DNA from: Terrimicrobiaceae bacterium
GTDB taxonomy: Bacteria > Verrucomicrobiota > Verrucomicrobiia > Chthoniobacterales > Terrimicrobiaceae
DNA: 64,000 nucleotides
Assembly (NCBI GenBank): GCA_041752695.1
Contig: JBGSVZ010000035.1
Location: forward strand, 96,001-160,000
Direction: 5' to 3'
Of the stretch, positions 10,012-19,750 are shown piece after piece. The notes under the pieces were generated by a model that was not told the DNA's origin, made no database searches, and saw only the letters and a list, made by a program, of their open reading frames with translations. Position numbers and translations under genes: made by a program. The stretch's first letter is position 1. Every line of letters starts with the position of its first letter.

Positions 10012-11199
10012 TTAGGATTGGGAATGCTTTGCGGCAAGGGCGGCAGCGGCATCAAGTGAGACGTCGCGGCCAAGGGCGGTCACACCATTGTCACGCAGCA
10101 GCGCGACGGCTTCATCCTCCCAAGAACCAGGGATGCGGAAAACAGAAAGCACCTCGACCGGCTCTCGCCCGGCAGCGCGGATACCATCAACCACGCCTTT
10201 GGCCATCACGTCGGCCCGGGTGTTGTTGACCACGTTCATAATCACGGCCATCTGCCGAACCCCGGGCTTCGAGAGCAGCAGCTTCGTGAGATCGGCCACC
10301 TTTTCGGACGTGGGATTTCCACCGATTTCACAGTAGTTCGCGGGCTTGCCGCCATGGCGGAGAATTGCGTCAAAAACAGTGAGACTGGCCCCGCCACCCC
10401 CGATCAACAGCGCGAGATCGCCCGGAAACTCGACCACTCTCCCGGCCACGCCTCGGTGGTCGCGGGCATCAATACGGGCCGCCTCCTCCTCAATCGCCGT
10501 GGGTGTGCGCCCGCCAAATGTTTTGGGAATCTCCCCAAGATCCGCAAACTCGGATTTCAAACGATATGCGGCGTCGTCATCAAATTCCGCGTGCGCATCG
10601 AGAGCGAGCAGGCCTCCTTCCGCGGTGACAACGAGGGGATTGATTTCGAGGGTGAGGGCGTCCAGATCAAGAAACGCCTTGCTTAGCGCGGCAATAACCG
10701 AACCCACGAGCACCAACTCACGGCCTTTTAGCCCGCCTTGCGCGGCCAGTTCGCGGCCCTGATAGGGGGTGAGTGGCTCACGCGGATCGAAGGCCCGCTG
10801 CACAGCAAGCGAGGCACCCGATTCGACATCAATGCCGCCGGCAGAATTAAAGATTGCCACGGGCTGGCGTTTGCGCAGATCCCATGCCACACCAACATAG
10901 TATTCTTGGTCAAAGGCGGCTCTCGGTTCCAGAGTAACACATGTGACGGGGTAACCACGGAGTTCCTTTCCGAGGAGATCGGCAGCATGCTCCGCTGCCT
11001 CGGAGTCGGAGGCGATCATGCGCACAGCACCGAGTTTTCCACGCCCTCCGAAGGGCACCTGTGCCTTCATCACCGCAACGCCGCCGATGGCTCGGAAGGC
11101 AGTTTGCGCTTCCTCAACCGTGGTGGTCAAGTGGGGCTGAATGAAAGGCAATCCATGGCGTCCAAGCAGGCGTTTGCATTGGTGTTCGAGAAGTCTCAT
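10012..11199 (-). CDS. ADP-forming acyl-CoA synthetase beta subunit (ATP-grasp; SucC/CcsA/AclB-like)
   Basis: MRLLEHQCK, KAQVPFGGRGKLG, EINPL, DDDAAYR, GGGGASL, ANYCEIGGNP. Confidence 0.9.
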   Translation of the reverse strand: MRLLEHQCKRLLGRHGLPFIQPHLTTTVEEAQTAFRAIGGVAVMKAQVPFGGRGKLGAVRMIASDSEAAEHAADLLGKELRGYPVTCVTLEPRAAFDQEYYVGVAWDLRKRQPVAIFNSAGGIDVESGASLAVQRAFDPREPLTPYQGRELAAQGGLKGRELVLVGSVIAALSKAFLDLDALTLEINPLVVTAEGGLLALDAHAEFDDDAAYRLKSEFADLGEIPKTFGGRTPTAIEEEAARIDARDHRGVAGRVVEFPGDLALLIGGGGASLTVFDAILRHGGKPANYCEIGGNPTSEKVADLTKLLLSKPGVRQMAVIMNVVNNTRADVMAKGVVDGIRAAGREPVEVLSVFRIPGSWEDEAVALLRDNGVTALGRDVSLDAAAALAAKHSQS

Positions 11200-12377
11200 A
11201 GAGCGTCGATTTCTTTTTGGAGAGTTTGGAAAAAGCGGGCGGCTTCGGCACCATCCGCGGCGCGGTGGTCACAAGCCAGGGTGAACCAGGCAGTTTTGTG
11301 TCCTCCCGCAGAGTCCACCGCGCGTCCCGTGCCGAGCACGGCGGCCTGACCGGCAAAGACGGATGGCTGAAACACATCGATTCCGAACATCCCGAGATTG
11401 GAGATGGCAAAGGGAGCACGCTCGAGATCCGCGCGTTTCAATTGGCCGGCATCGGCCCGCGCCTTGAGAAGCAACACGGTCGCGGAAATCTCTGCCAGCG
11501 TCATAGCTTGCGGATTGCGCACCACTGGTGCCAGCAGCCCCAAGGCAGTTTCCATCGCTACCGCGACTGAAACGTCCTCAATCCGATAACGGTTGCCATC
11601 GATGCTGGTAAGCAGGGAACAGTGTGCGCTCAGCGCCCGACCAAGGCACAGAATCAGTCGGTGCGTAAACGTAATCCCCGCCACCTTGCGGCTAAGGGTT
11701 GTCACGTCAAACTGTCGGCTGATCGAAAACATAGGGATCGTGCGGACGGCAGCCTCCATTTGTCCAATCAGGCCCGCGCGCGACATCGGGAACGGTTGCC
11801 AGTCGCCGCCGGAAGTCATCGGCTGAGAAGGCGGGTGTTTCTCAGGAGTCGGAGGAGTTGGGACGTTGAGCGGGGGAGTCGGTGACGCAGTCTGCGCTTG
11901 GTATTCCTCAACATCGCTTCGTTTGATGCGTCCGGCAGGTCCCGTGCCGACAATCTGCCGGAGGTCTAAACCAAGCGAGGCCGCCACCTTGCGGGCCAGT
12001 GGCGACGCGCGCACTTTTCCCTCCGCCGCCGGAGGTAAATCCGGGGCAGATTCCGCAACCGCAGGATGTGCCGCCGGAACGGGTGCTTTTGGCGCGGCAG
12101 GAGGCACGGCCTTCGTTACGGGCGGTTGCTCACCAATCGTGCAGACCGGTGTTTTTTCGCCTATTTCCTGCAATTCAGAAATAAAAACTTCGTGAACAAA
12201 TCCCGCGTAAGGGCTGTTAATCTCGATGTTTGCCTTTTGGGTTTCCACTGCGCCCAGTGCCTGTCCTTCCGTAACCTGGTCCCCCGGCTTCACTAACACA
12301 TTGGTCACCGTGACAAACTCCATGTTGAGTTCCACATTGGGGAGGAGAACGGTGCGAACGGGCGGAATTTCGGACAT
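11196..12377 (-). CDS. Dihydrolipoamide acyltransferase E2
   Basis: Lipoyl domain (VETQKAN), subunit-binding domain (ASPLARK..GTGPAGRI), catalytic DHRAADG. Confidence 0.93.
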   Translation of the reverse strand: MSEIPPVRTVLLPNVELNMEFVTVTNVLVKPGDQVTEGQALGAVETQKANIEINSPYAGFVHEVFISELQEIGEKTPVCTIGEQPPVTKAVPPAAPKAPVPAAHPAVAESAPDLPPAAEGKVRASPLARKVAASLGLDLRQIVGTGPAGRIKRSDVEEYQAQTASPTPPLNVPTPPTPEKHPPSQPMTSGGDWQPFPMSRAGLIGQMEAAVRTIPMFSISRQFDVTTLSRKVAGITFTHRLILCLGRALSAHCSLLTSIDGNRYRIEDVSVAVAMETALGLLAPVVRNPQAMTLAEISATVLLLKARADAGQLKRADLERAPFAISNLGMFGIDVFQPSVFAGQAAVLGTGRAVDSAGGHKTAWFTLACDHRAADGAEAARFFQTLQKEIDAL

Positions 12378-12445
12378 GGCAGTTGTTTAATATGCAAATA
12401 AATGCTTAAAACGCAATATTTTTCGCTCGTCACGAGTCCGTCAAG

Positions 12446-13225
12446 CTAGGGATTAGCGAGCTTGAAGCCGCCATCGGCTTCAAGGACCTGGCCGGTGACA
12501 AAGGAGGATTGCTCCGAAAGTAGAAACACGATCACGCTGGCAATTTCATCCGGCCGGCCGATCCGTCCAATGGGGGTGGCTTGGTGCATCCGGCTGGTAA
12601 GCTCGCCCGGCGGCAGTCCGAGCACAGCGCCACGCTCCCGCTCAACGACCTCCCACATCGGAGTTTCAATCACGCCGGGGCTCACTGCATTGACGCGAAC
12701 ACCAGACAGTGCATACTCGAGGGCTAGGGTGCGGGTCACGTGATCGATGCCGATTTTGCTTACGCCGTAATCAATATTGTTTGGTCGTGGACCATGTGCG
12801 GAGGTGGCTGAAATGGTGACGATTGAACCGGAATGGCAGGCTTCTTTAATGTGCTCAGCCACGGCTCTGGCGTAGAAAAAGACGCTGGTGAGATTAAGCC
12901 GAAGAATCGCCTCCCAATCTTCGAGGGTGACATCCTGGAGCGGACGGAGTTTGATTCGTCCAGCACAGGCGACAAGCCCATCAAGCCGACCAAAACGTTC
13001 CAGTGCCGCTGTGATCATACGTTGGTCGCTGCCGTCTGCCGTGACGTCCAAGGCGAGGGTAGCGACTCGCTCGTTATCTCCAGGAAACGACTCCAGAAGG
13101 GCATCGGGCCGCAGATCTACGGCGAGCACCGATCCGCCCTCTTCAAAAATTCGTTTGGTGGACGCCAATCCGATGCCGCTGGCACCACCGGTGACGATGA
13201 AGGTTTTGTTGTCGAGAGATTTCAT
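12446..13225 (-). CDS. SDR family NAD(P)-dependent oxidoreductase
   Basis: [31 protein letters not shown]. Confidence 0.95.
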   Translation of the reverse strand: MKSLDNKTFIVTGGASGIGLASTKRIFEEGGSVLAVDLRPDALLESFPGDNERVATLALDVTADGSDQRMITAALERFGRLDGLVACAGRIKLRPLQDVTLEDWEAILRLNLTSVFFYARAVAEHIKEACHSGSIVTISATSAHGPRPNNIDYGVSKIGIDHVTRTLALEYALSGVRVNAVSPGVIETPMWEVVERERGAVLGLPPGELTSRMHQATPIGRIGRPDEIASVIVFLLSEQSSFVTGQVLEADGGFKLANP

Positions 13226-13242
13226 AATCTAAAAATCGGGGG

Positions 13243-14376
13243 TTACGCTCCCGGCATGGCAAATTTTTCCACGACATCCTCAAGGATAGTGACTCCCAAA
13301 CCAGGCACGTCGCGCAAGGCTAGGTAACCGTCTTTTTGAACCCAAGGATCGGTGACGAGTTCGTGCTGCATGGGCGAAGGATGAGGTTTAAAATCCATGC
13401 ACCAACCGGCCCGAGAAGAGGCCAGCAGATGAACGCTGGCAGCCGTGTTGATTGCGCTGCTCCAGGTGTGAGCACTGAATTTCAGGTTGGCTGCCTCAAT
13501 CAGCGGGATGACCTTGCGGCAACCCGTGATGCCCTGGCAGCGGCCGGGGTCTAACTGCACGACATCAACGCCACCTGCGTCAAGTAGGCGGCGATAACCA
13601 TCAACATTCCACTCCTGCTCCCCCGTGCCAATGCGTGTGGTCGTCTGCGATCGGAGAAACTTATGCGCCTTGTAATCCTGCGGCGGCAACGGCTCCTCGA
13701 TCCAAAGCAGGCCCACTTCCTCCAACGCGCGGATTCGCTGAATGGCGGTATGCACATCCCAGCGCACGCGAGCCCCCAACACATCAAGCACCAGGGGCGT
13801 ATCCTCACCGATGGCCTGCCGGATTTTCTTTGCCAAGGCGAGATCCCGTTTCGCATCGGTGCCAAAAACCGAATCCGGACGCGTACCCCAACCACCCTTT
13901 ACAATCGGATAGCCAGCTTCCGCCATAAACCGAAACTCATCCACCGTCCAACCCAAATTGTCCATATCCAGGTGGATGGACCCCATCGCCATCACCTTGT
14001 CGGTGAGCGGTCCCCCGATCAAATGACAGACGGGCACACCGAGTAGCTTGCCTTTCAAATCCCAGAGCGCCATGTCCACCGCGCTCAGCGCAAAGGCCGC
14101 GCTGCCTTGCGGCCCATACCACCACGTGCGGTCCACCATTTCGTGCCACCGCGCCTCAACTTCCAGCGCACTTTTCCCTTCGATCAATGGCCCGTAGCCT
14201 TCTTCAATAATCGTTTTCGCCGCCTTGCACGACTCAGGAAACTGGCTGATGCACTCTCCCCAACCGACCGTGCCGTCGGCCACCTCAACCCGGCAAAGCG
14301 TCACGTAACGCAAAGCCCCATGATCATGCGGTTCGGGATACTGGAGGGGAAATGCGGAGACGCGACGGATCTTCAT
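13243..14376 (-). CDS. Mandelate racemase/muconate lactonizing enzyme family dehydratase (second, divergent member)
   Basis: GWGE, AVDMALWDLKGK, WIEEP, TGEQE, PGLG. Start may be 14388. Confidence 0.93.
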   Translation of the reverse strand: MKIRRVSAFPLQYPEPHDHGALRYVTLCRVEVADGTVGWGECISQFPESCKAAKTIIEEGYGPLIEGKSALEVEARWHEMVDRTWWYGPQGSAAFALSAVDMALWDLKGKLLGVPVCHLIGGPLTDKVMAMGSIHLDMDNLGWTVDEFRFMAEAGYPIVKGGWGTRPDSVFGTDAKRDLALAKKIRQAIGEDTPLVLDVLGARVRWDVHTAIQRIRALEEVGLLWIEEPLPPQDYKAHKFLRSQTTTRIGTGEQEWNVDGYRRLLDAGGVDVVQLDPGRCQGITGCRKVIPLIEAANLKFSAHTWSSAINTAASVHLLASSRAGWCMDFKPHPSPMQHELVTDPWVQKDGYLALRDVPGLGVTILEDVVEKFAMPGA

Positions 14377-14748
14377 ACCATTTTGCATAAAAAATAATAA
14401 CATGTATGAAAAGCAATTTTTTCGCAGCAATGATCTTGTTCACCAGCACCAGCCTGAGAGCTAGGGCTTTTGAGGCTACTTCCTATCTGAAGCTCCGACC
14501 TTATTCACAAGCGACTTTCAGCAGCTTTGCCAAGTCGCCGTGAAATAGGTAGTCGCGTGAGGCGACGACAGCAAGTAAGACACAGCGCTTGCCTTTAGTG
14601 GCGTGCATGGCATGAGGCACGGACGCATGTAGTACACCGCACCCGCAGATCAATGGTGGCTTGGCGGTGAGTCTTCGGAGTCGAGTTCTTACGAAGCAAA
14701 TGAAAAACCTATCTCACCGTCAAGCAAGTCTTGAATCCCCTCTTGGCC

Positions 14749-15360
14749 GTTCGGGGGGGGGGATAGGGCCGTCCAGCCCGAAGACCGGACGGCGCCACCC
14801 ACAGAACCGGACGAGCAAGATTATCGCATCCGGTTCCTCAAGTTGCGGGATCGTTCACATTCGGGAGTAAATGATTCTCGCCGGGGTCAGCGGGAACACC
14901 TGCATGTTGGAGACGAACTGCTGCCAGTTCGGTCCTCGGCTGCGATTGCGCCGAGCCAGCCACTTGCGCAACAGTTTTGCCACCTGCCACCACAGCTCTT
15001 TGAGCTTGCGGGCGTTGCCGGTGACACCCGCTGGACCTTTTGCGCCTCCTTCAGGCTCTCGAAGCCCATGATGAAGTCATCGGCAAATCGGACCATGAAG
15101 GTGCGCCCTCCACACGCAGACTGAACGGATTCGACGAACCATTTGTCCAGCACTTCATGCAGGTAGATGTTGCTCAGTAGTGGTGAGATGACTCCGCCCT
15201 GCGGCGTCCCCTTTTCCCTTTTCCCAGACCCTTGCCTTCAGCCATTTGGCGATCAGGCGGCCTATCACTCCATCTTGACCCCACGGCCCAGGCAGTTCCT
15301 GCATTTGTCGGTGATCGACAGTGTCGAAGACACATGCGTAAAACCGCCTCCAGCACGGTT
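14749..15360 (-). mobile_element. Group II intron remnant: decayed reverse transcriptase fragment plus ribozyme domains V-VI
   Basis: Minus-strand frames give FDTVDH, DGVIGRLIAKWLKA, GTPQGGVISPLLSNIYLHEVLDKWF, VRFADDF. Domain V-like GAGGAACCGGATGCG...GTCCGGTTCTG lies at about 14840-14800, followed by a domain VI hairpin. Confidence 0.9.
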
Positions 15361-15410
15361 GCCACTGGGTGGTAAAAAATCCATGTTCTTAAAAGAAATA
15401 TCCATCATCA

Positions 15411-17430
15411 TCAAGGTGTGGCGGCAACGCGAACGCGGGCAAAAATACTGCGACCGTTTGTGGAGGAACCACGGACTGTAACCCGCTCCAGCGAATCGTT
15501 GATACTCTGGGTGCTCTCAGTCGCCAAGAGGTCCACAGCCCAAGCTGAAAGGGTCTCACTAAACTCAACGGAGTAGCTGATTCCTGGATTGGACCCTGTC
15601 TTGCGACGCAGGTAGGTAATTTGGAGTTTGCCGTTGCCGTCCACAGAGACAAAGGGGAGGCCTGACGAGCCATCGTTGGCGAGGACGCTGGCATTGGGCG
15701 TAGAGAGATTAGGGGTTTGCCCCGGTCCATTACCAAACATGTTAAATGCAAACTTAAGGAGATTGGCCACGCCATCACCTGCGGGTGCCTGTGCATCTTG
15801 GGATCCATCGATAGCCAGACTGAAGTCGCGGCGGAATTGCGCGAGACCTCCGGTACCGCCCCCTCCCGAGCCAGGGTCGACGATGGCGGCAATCGAAGAC
15901 CCGTCGAGTTCCTGCAAATAGCGGATGAGGTTCGCCTGATCCGAGGCGCTCAAGGAAAGTACCCGACGGTGCGGGGTGGCTTTGAGAAGGTTGGACGGGG
16001 TGCTGACAGTCATGGAATCGATACCAAATCCATCCCCGCTACTTGAAATGACAACACTATTGTTCCCAGCGACAAAGTTGACGTTCTCCAGGCGGGCGAC
16101 GAGGTAATGATCAAATTGCCACCCTGGATTCTGCCCTACGAGCGTCAGAGGGTAGTTGGTCGAATTTACCCGCACGGTAATATTCTTGCTGCCGCCTGCA
16201 GTGAATCGGAGCTCGATGGAGCCAACACCCGCAGTAGAGCCGGCAGGAATGGACGCAAAAGTAACCGATCCAGCACCGTTCCACTGCACAAGCCCGCCTT
16301 TTTGGACTTGGTTGAAATAGTTGATGTTTACGTAATTGGGGCGTTCCACGGAACCGGATAGGACGCCATCCTCAGCCTGGTAAACCGTGCCTCCTGCGGT
16401 TCGGAAAACCTGTTCCAGAGTCGCGGCGGAGCCGTCATGAAAATAGGGCGCGGTGGCGTGCACTCCAGCTAGGGTGGGAGTATCGATACCAGGCAGTGTA
16501 GTTCCCAAGCGGCCGCCGGAGCTGGTGCGCAGCGTGCCAACATCATGCAAGCTAGGCTCCACGCCAATCCCCCCATGGAATCAGTAAACTGGGTTCCGCC
16601 ATGGCATGTCACACAGCTTTGGCTGGCAAAGATGGTCTGGCCCGCGATGGCAGCCGGGGTCAGAAAGCCCTGCGCGGTACGGAAGGGGCTTTTGGGAACC
16701 GTTTCCCGATTAAGGCTGCCCACATAGGCGGCCATCGCATCTAGGTCACCGCTCAACCCTGCCTTGGATGTACCTAATGGCTGCGAAATCGTGACGGCAT
16801 CGATCAAACCCGATCCTCCCTGGTGAGCCCGGATATTATTCTCGAAATCCTGGATTTCATCAAAATTGCCGCTCCAGTGCACATTACCGTGTCCCATACC
16901 CACCCTGCCCCGCAGGTCGATGGTGTTGCGCAGGCCCTCACCGCGCTGGGTGAAATCCCAGACTCGCCCATCCTGCCCTCCATCGCTATGGCAGGTCGCA
17001 CAGCTGACGTAGGTGCCGCGACTCATAACTTCCGTGCCGAGGTTATCCATTAAGGATGCGTTGTAGAAGAGCTGTTTGCCTTGCAGGATGCGGGAAGTTA
17101 GCTTTTCCACCGCGACAACCCGCGTCGTAACGGCAGAAGAGTTGCGCGTTCCTTGGGAAATGAAGGCATTCAAATCAAGCACGGACACATCCCGCGTCAT
17201 GAAATTGTTCACGAAGAGCTTTTTTGTAGCCGGATCAAACACTTGCCCCTGGGGGGATAGGCCGGTTGGCACTCTCCATCGCGTCGTTTTCGACCCTCCC
17301 TGCCGGAGGGATAAATCATCATAGAGCGCGACCTCATTATTTCCTTGGAGCGTGACGAACGCCCAGTCCCCCAAAGGCGAGAAAGTCACACTGGTGGGAG
17401 AATCACTGTTATCGATAAACGCGCCATTAT
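15411..17430 (-). pseudogene. Frameshifted, 5'-truncated secreted protein: YVTN-like propeller, di-heme cytochrome c, CBM-like domain and C-terminal domain
   Basis: Two CxxCH motifs (CATCH, CVTCH), HWSGNFDEIQDFE, TAPYFHDGSAATL. Frame changes near 16560 between ORFs 16469-17464 and 15411-16562. No N-terminus. Confidence 0.8.
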
Positions 17431-17899
17431 CGACCGACATCTGGTGACGGAAGTGTCCCTGCAACTTCAGACCCTCATCGAAAACGCCCGCTTTCGCACC
17501 AATGAGATGAATGCGGAAATGACCCGCTGCGCTACCACCCTTGGGGTTACTCTCCGACTTATTTGGGAACCTGTCACCGACGGTTTACCTGCGGGATTGC
17601 CGCACGTCCGCAGGCTCCTCCTTGTCGATCATGCGGCTTGGAGCGAAGAAGAACGTTCCACCGTTGGCCGCTTTCTCTATCAACTGATCCGAGAAGAGCG
17701 CGCTCGCGATCGCGCCGCCCCCGGCACGGAGCAACTTCAGCGGGCCTTGGACTACCGGCGCTGGCACACTTTCGCCGCCGCACGCCGACAGAATGATCGC
17801 TGGGAGCGCCTGACACGCAAACGTTATGGCACCGGCTCCGGTGGAGAAAAGGCCCTCATACTCACCATCCCTCAGATGGCTGCTGCCTCGTCTCACTAA
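17430..17899 (+). pseudogene. C-terminal fragment of TIGR02680-type SMC/MukB-like ATPase (Wadjet type II JetC-like)
   Basis: ALDYRRWHTF and ABC signature GTGSGGEKA..PQMAAASSH. Stops before Walker B; no Walker A or coiled coil. Confidence 0.8.
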
Positions 17900-18076
17900 A
17901 AAATGCCGCCGCGCACGCCACGATTTCAGGCATCGCCATCTATCAGCTTGTCGCGGATGCCGAATCCATTTCCGCCACCCGCTGGGTTTGGAACGGCAGG
18001 AAAAATCAACTGGCACCCGTGCCCGACACCCCAGAGTTACGCTCGTCCGAGCCCATTCCAAACGCCCTATCCAACA

Positions 18077-18814
18077 ATGTGTTCCCCATCGGATAAACTA
18101 CGTTCGATCCTCGGTACGCCACGGTGGGAGCGATTCATAGCAACTCTTCGAAGCTGCCGCGACGCCGGCCGAGCAATGGGTCTGCGTTACGACCTGGACG
18201 CGATTGGACGGGCGCTGGTCCTCGTCGGCACAATGACTGATTGGAACGAGATTCTGGATTTGCTTTGCGGACCAATCCCCGCAACCGCGCTGGCAACCCA
18301 TGCCTCCGCGCTGGCATGGCGTGCGTTCTGGCCGGCAGCCGCCACCTCACTATCCGCCAGCCCTTTCCCCATGAGCATGGAATGGTTGGATGCCTTGCGC
18401 CGCGACGGCGCACTCAAAAGGTTTACCGGTGGCAATTTGACAATGGCCTCCGATTGGCTGGAAATTGCGACTCGCCTGCTGCGAGCTCTTCCAATTGAGG
18501 AGGAGCAACCTCTGACCCATACCGCAGCCCGTTATTGTGGAAACAGCCACGCATTGGATCCCGGCCGCCCCCTTTCCACCCTGGTCTTGCGCGGGCTGGC
18601 GCAGCGCCTTGGTCAACCTCTGCCGTCACGTGCTCCAGATCGTCGTGAACTGTGGGCCAGATTCGGTGTTGTTTGTGACGACCTCAGCGCGCCCGTCCTG
18701 ACCTTCAACCTCGGAGTAACCGGGGACGCCCCATTGGCCGGCCGCGCTTTCGTCGAAGAACTCCTAGCTGACACTCTGCTGGCGGACCTCGAAACTCAGT
18801 TTGGATCGGTATAG
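18077..18814 (+). pseudogene. Internally deleted TIGR02679-type protein (Wadjet type II JetD-like)
   Basis: GNSHALDPGRPL, RRELWARFGVVCDDLSAPVLTFNL, terminal EELLADTLLADL. The Toprim segment expected between these (CEN...YHGDFD) is absent. Confidence 0.75.
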
Positions 18815-18852
18815 CAGAACTTTAACCGTCGCCGACACCTTGCCTGGAAATT

Positions 18853-19128
18853 TTACAAGTTGCCTTTGAAAGCCTTTCCTGCCACGAATTTCACGGTCTT
18901 GCTGGCCTTGATTTTGAGCTTTGCGCCGGTTTTCGGATTCACCCCCACCCGGGCCTTGCGGCTTACGACTTTGAACGATCCGAATCCGATTAACTGGACA
19001 CTATTCGCTTTTTTTACCCCGGCCTTGATTCCGTCGACCACCGCAGCGAGCGCACGTTCGGCTTGGGCGACAGTAGTGTCCTTTCCGAGGGATTTTTGAA
19101 TGGCGGAGACGAGTTCTGCTTTGTTCAT
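18853..19128 (-). CDS. hup: HU family DNA-binding protein
   Basis: MNKAELV, VQLIGFGSFKV, ARVGVNPKTG; 91 aa. Confidence 0.95.
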   Translation of the reverse strand: MNKAELVSAIQKSLGKDTTVAQAERALAAVVDGIKAGVKKANSVQLIGFGSFKVVSRKARVGVNPKTGAKLKIKASKTVKFVAGKAFKGNL

Positions 19129-19270
19129 ATAACCTGAACGAATAGCGATTTTACACAGCCTCGGCAATGGCGGAAAGCTGTCTTTGGGAATAACGCGGGC
19201 GCCGCAGGTCACCTCTGTGGCCCAAATTTTCCAGTTGAATCCCGCTATTAAACCCAGATTCAGTTCGTGC

Positions 19271-19498
19271 GTGAAGAAACAGTGGGAATCCATTCTCGAA
19301 AATTTGAAGACCGGTGGCTGGAACGTACGATGGATTGAAGCCACCCAGGCAGGGGAAGTGGGTTGGACGGCAATCGCCATCCGAGAAAAAGAAAGGCATT
19401 TCTCCCACGCAAATGATATCACCCTGGCCTTTCAGGAACTTGAGGAAAGCTGCAATCACATTCATCGCCCGAAAACTCCAACCGATCAAAAACGTTGA
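19271..19498 (+). CDS. Small hypothetical protein
   Basis: GTG start. WESILENLKTGGW...TLAFQELE resembles (from memory) small proteins of Chthoniobacterales. Confidence 0.5.
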   Translation: MKKQWESILENLKTGGWNVRWIEATQAGEVGWTAIAIREKERHFSHANDITLAFQELEESCNHIHRPKTPTDQKR

Positions 19499-19750
19499 AA
19501 CGGGGATTCGAAAACACGACGCGTAATACCCTGCCTCGGAGCGATACCCTTCGAAATAGACTCCGATCTGGATCATGTATATGGGCTAACATTCGGCCAA
19601 TTCGCTAAACGCGAAAGACATCGACTGCGGGGATTTAGCGCAAGCTCCCTGCTCAAACTCGTAAACTTTCCTGCTTCTTTTTTTTGTGGAAAATCCGCGA
19701 TGGCCAGACTTCAGCGATGGCCTCTTCTACCAAATCTCTTCCATTTTTAT

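Noticed and set aside
5001..11199. Reverse TCA cycle / autotrophy
   Set aside because: The context is catabolic (dehydratases, SDR, lipoate-dependent dehydrogenase), and no 2-oxoglutarate:ferredoxin oxidoreductase or fumarate reductase is in the window.
14887..15153. Retron or defence-associated RT
   Set aside because: GTPQGGVISPLLSNIYL and the downstream domain V identify a group II intron; the ORF is broken.
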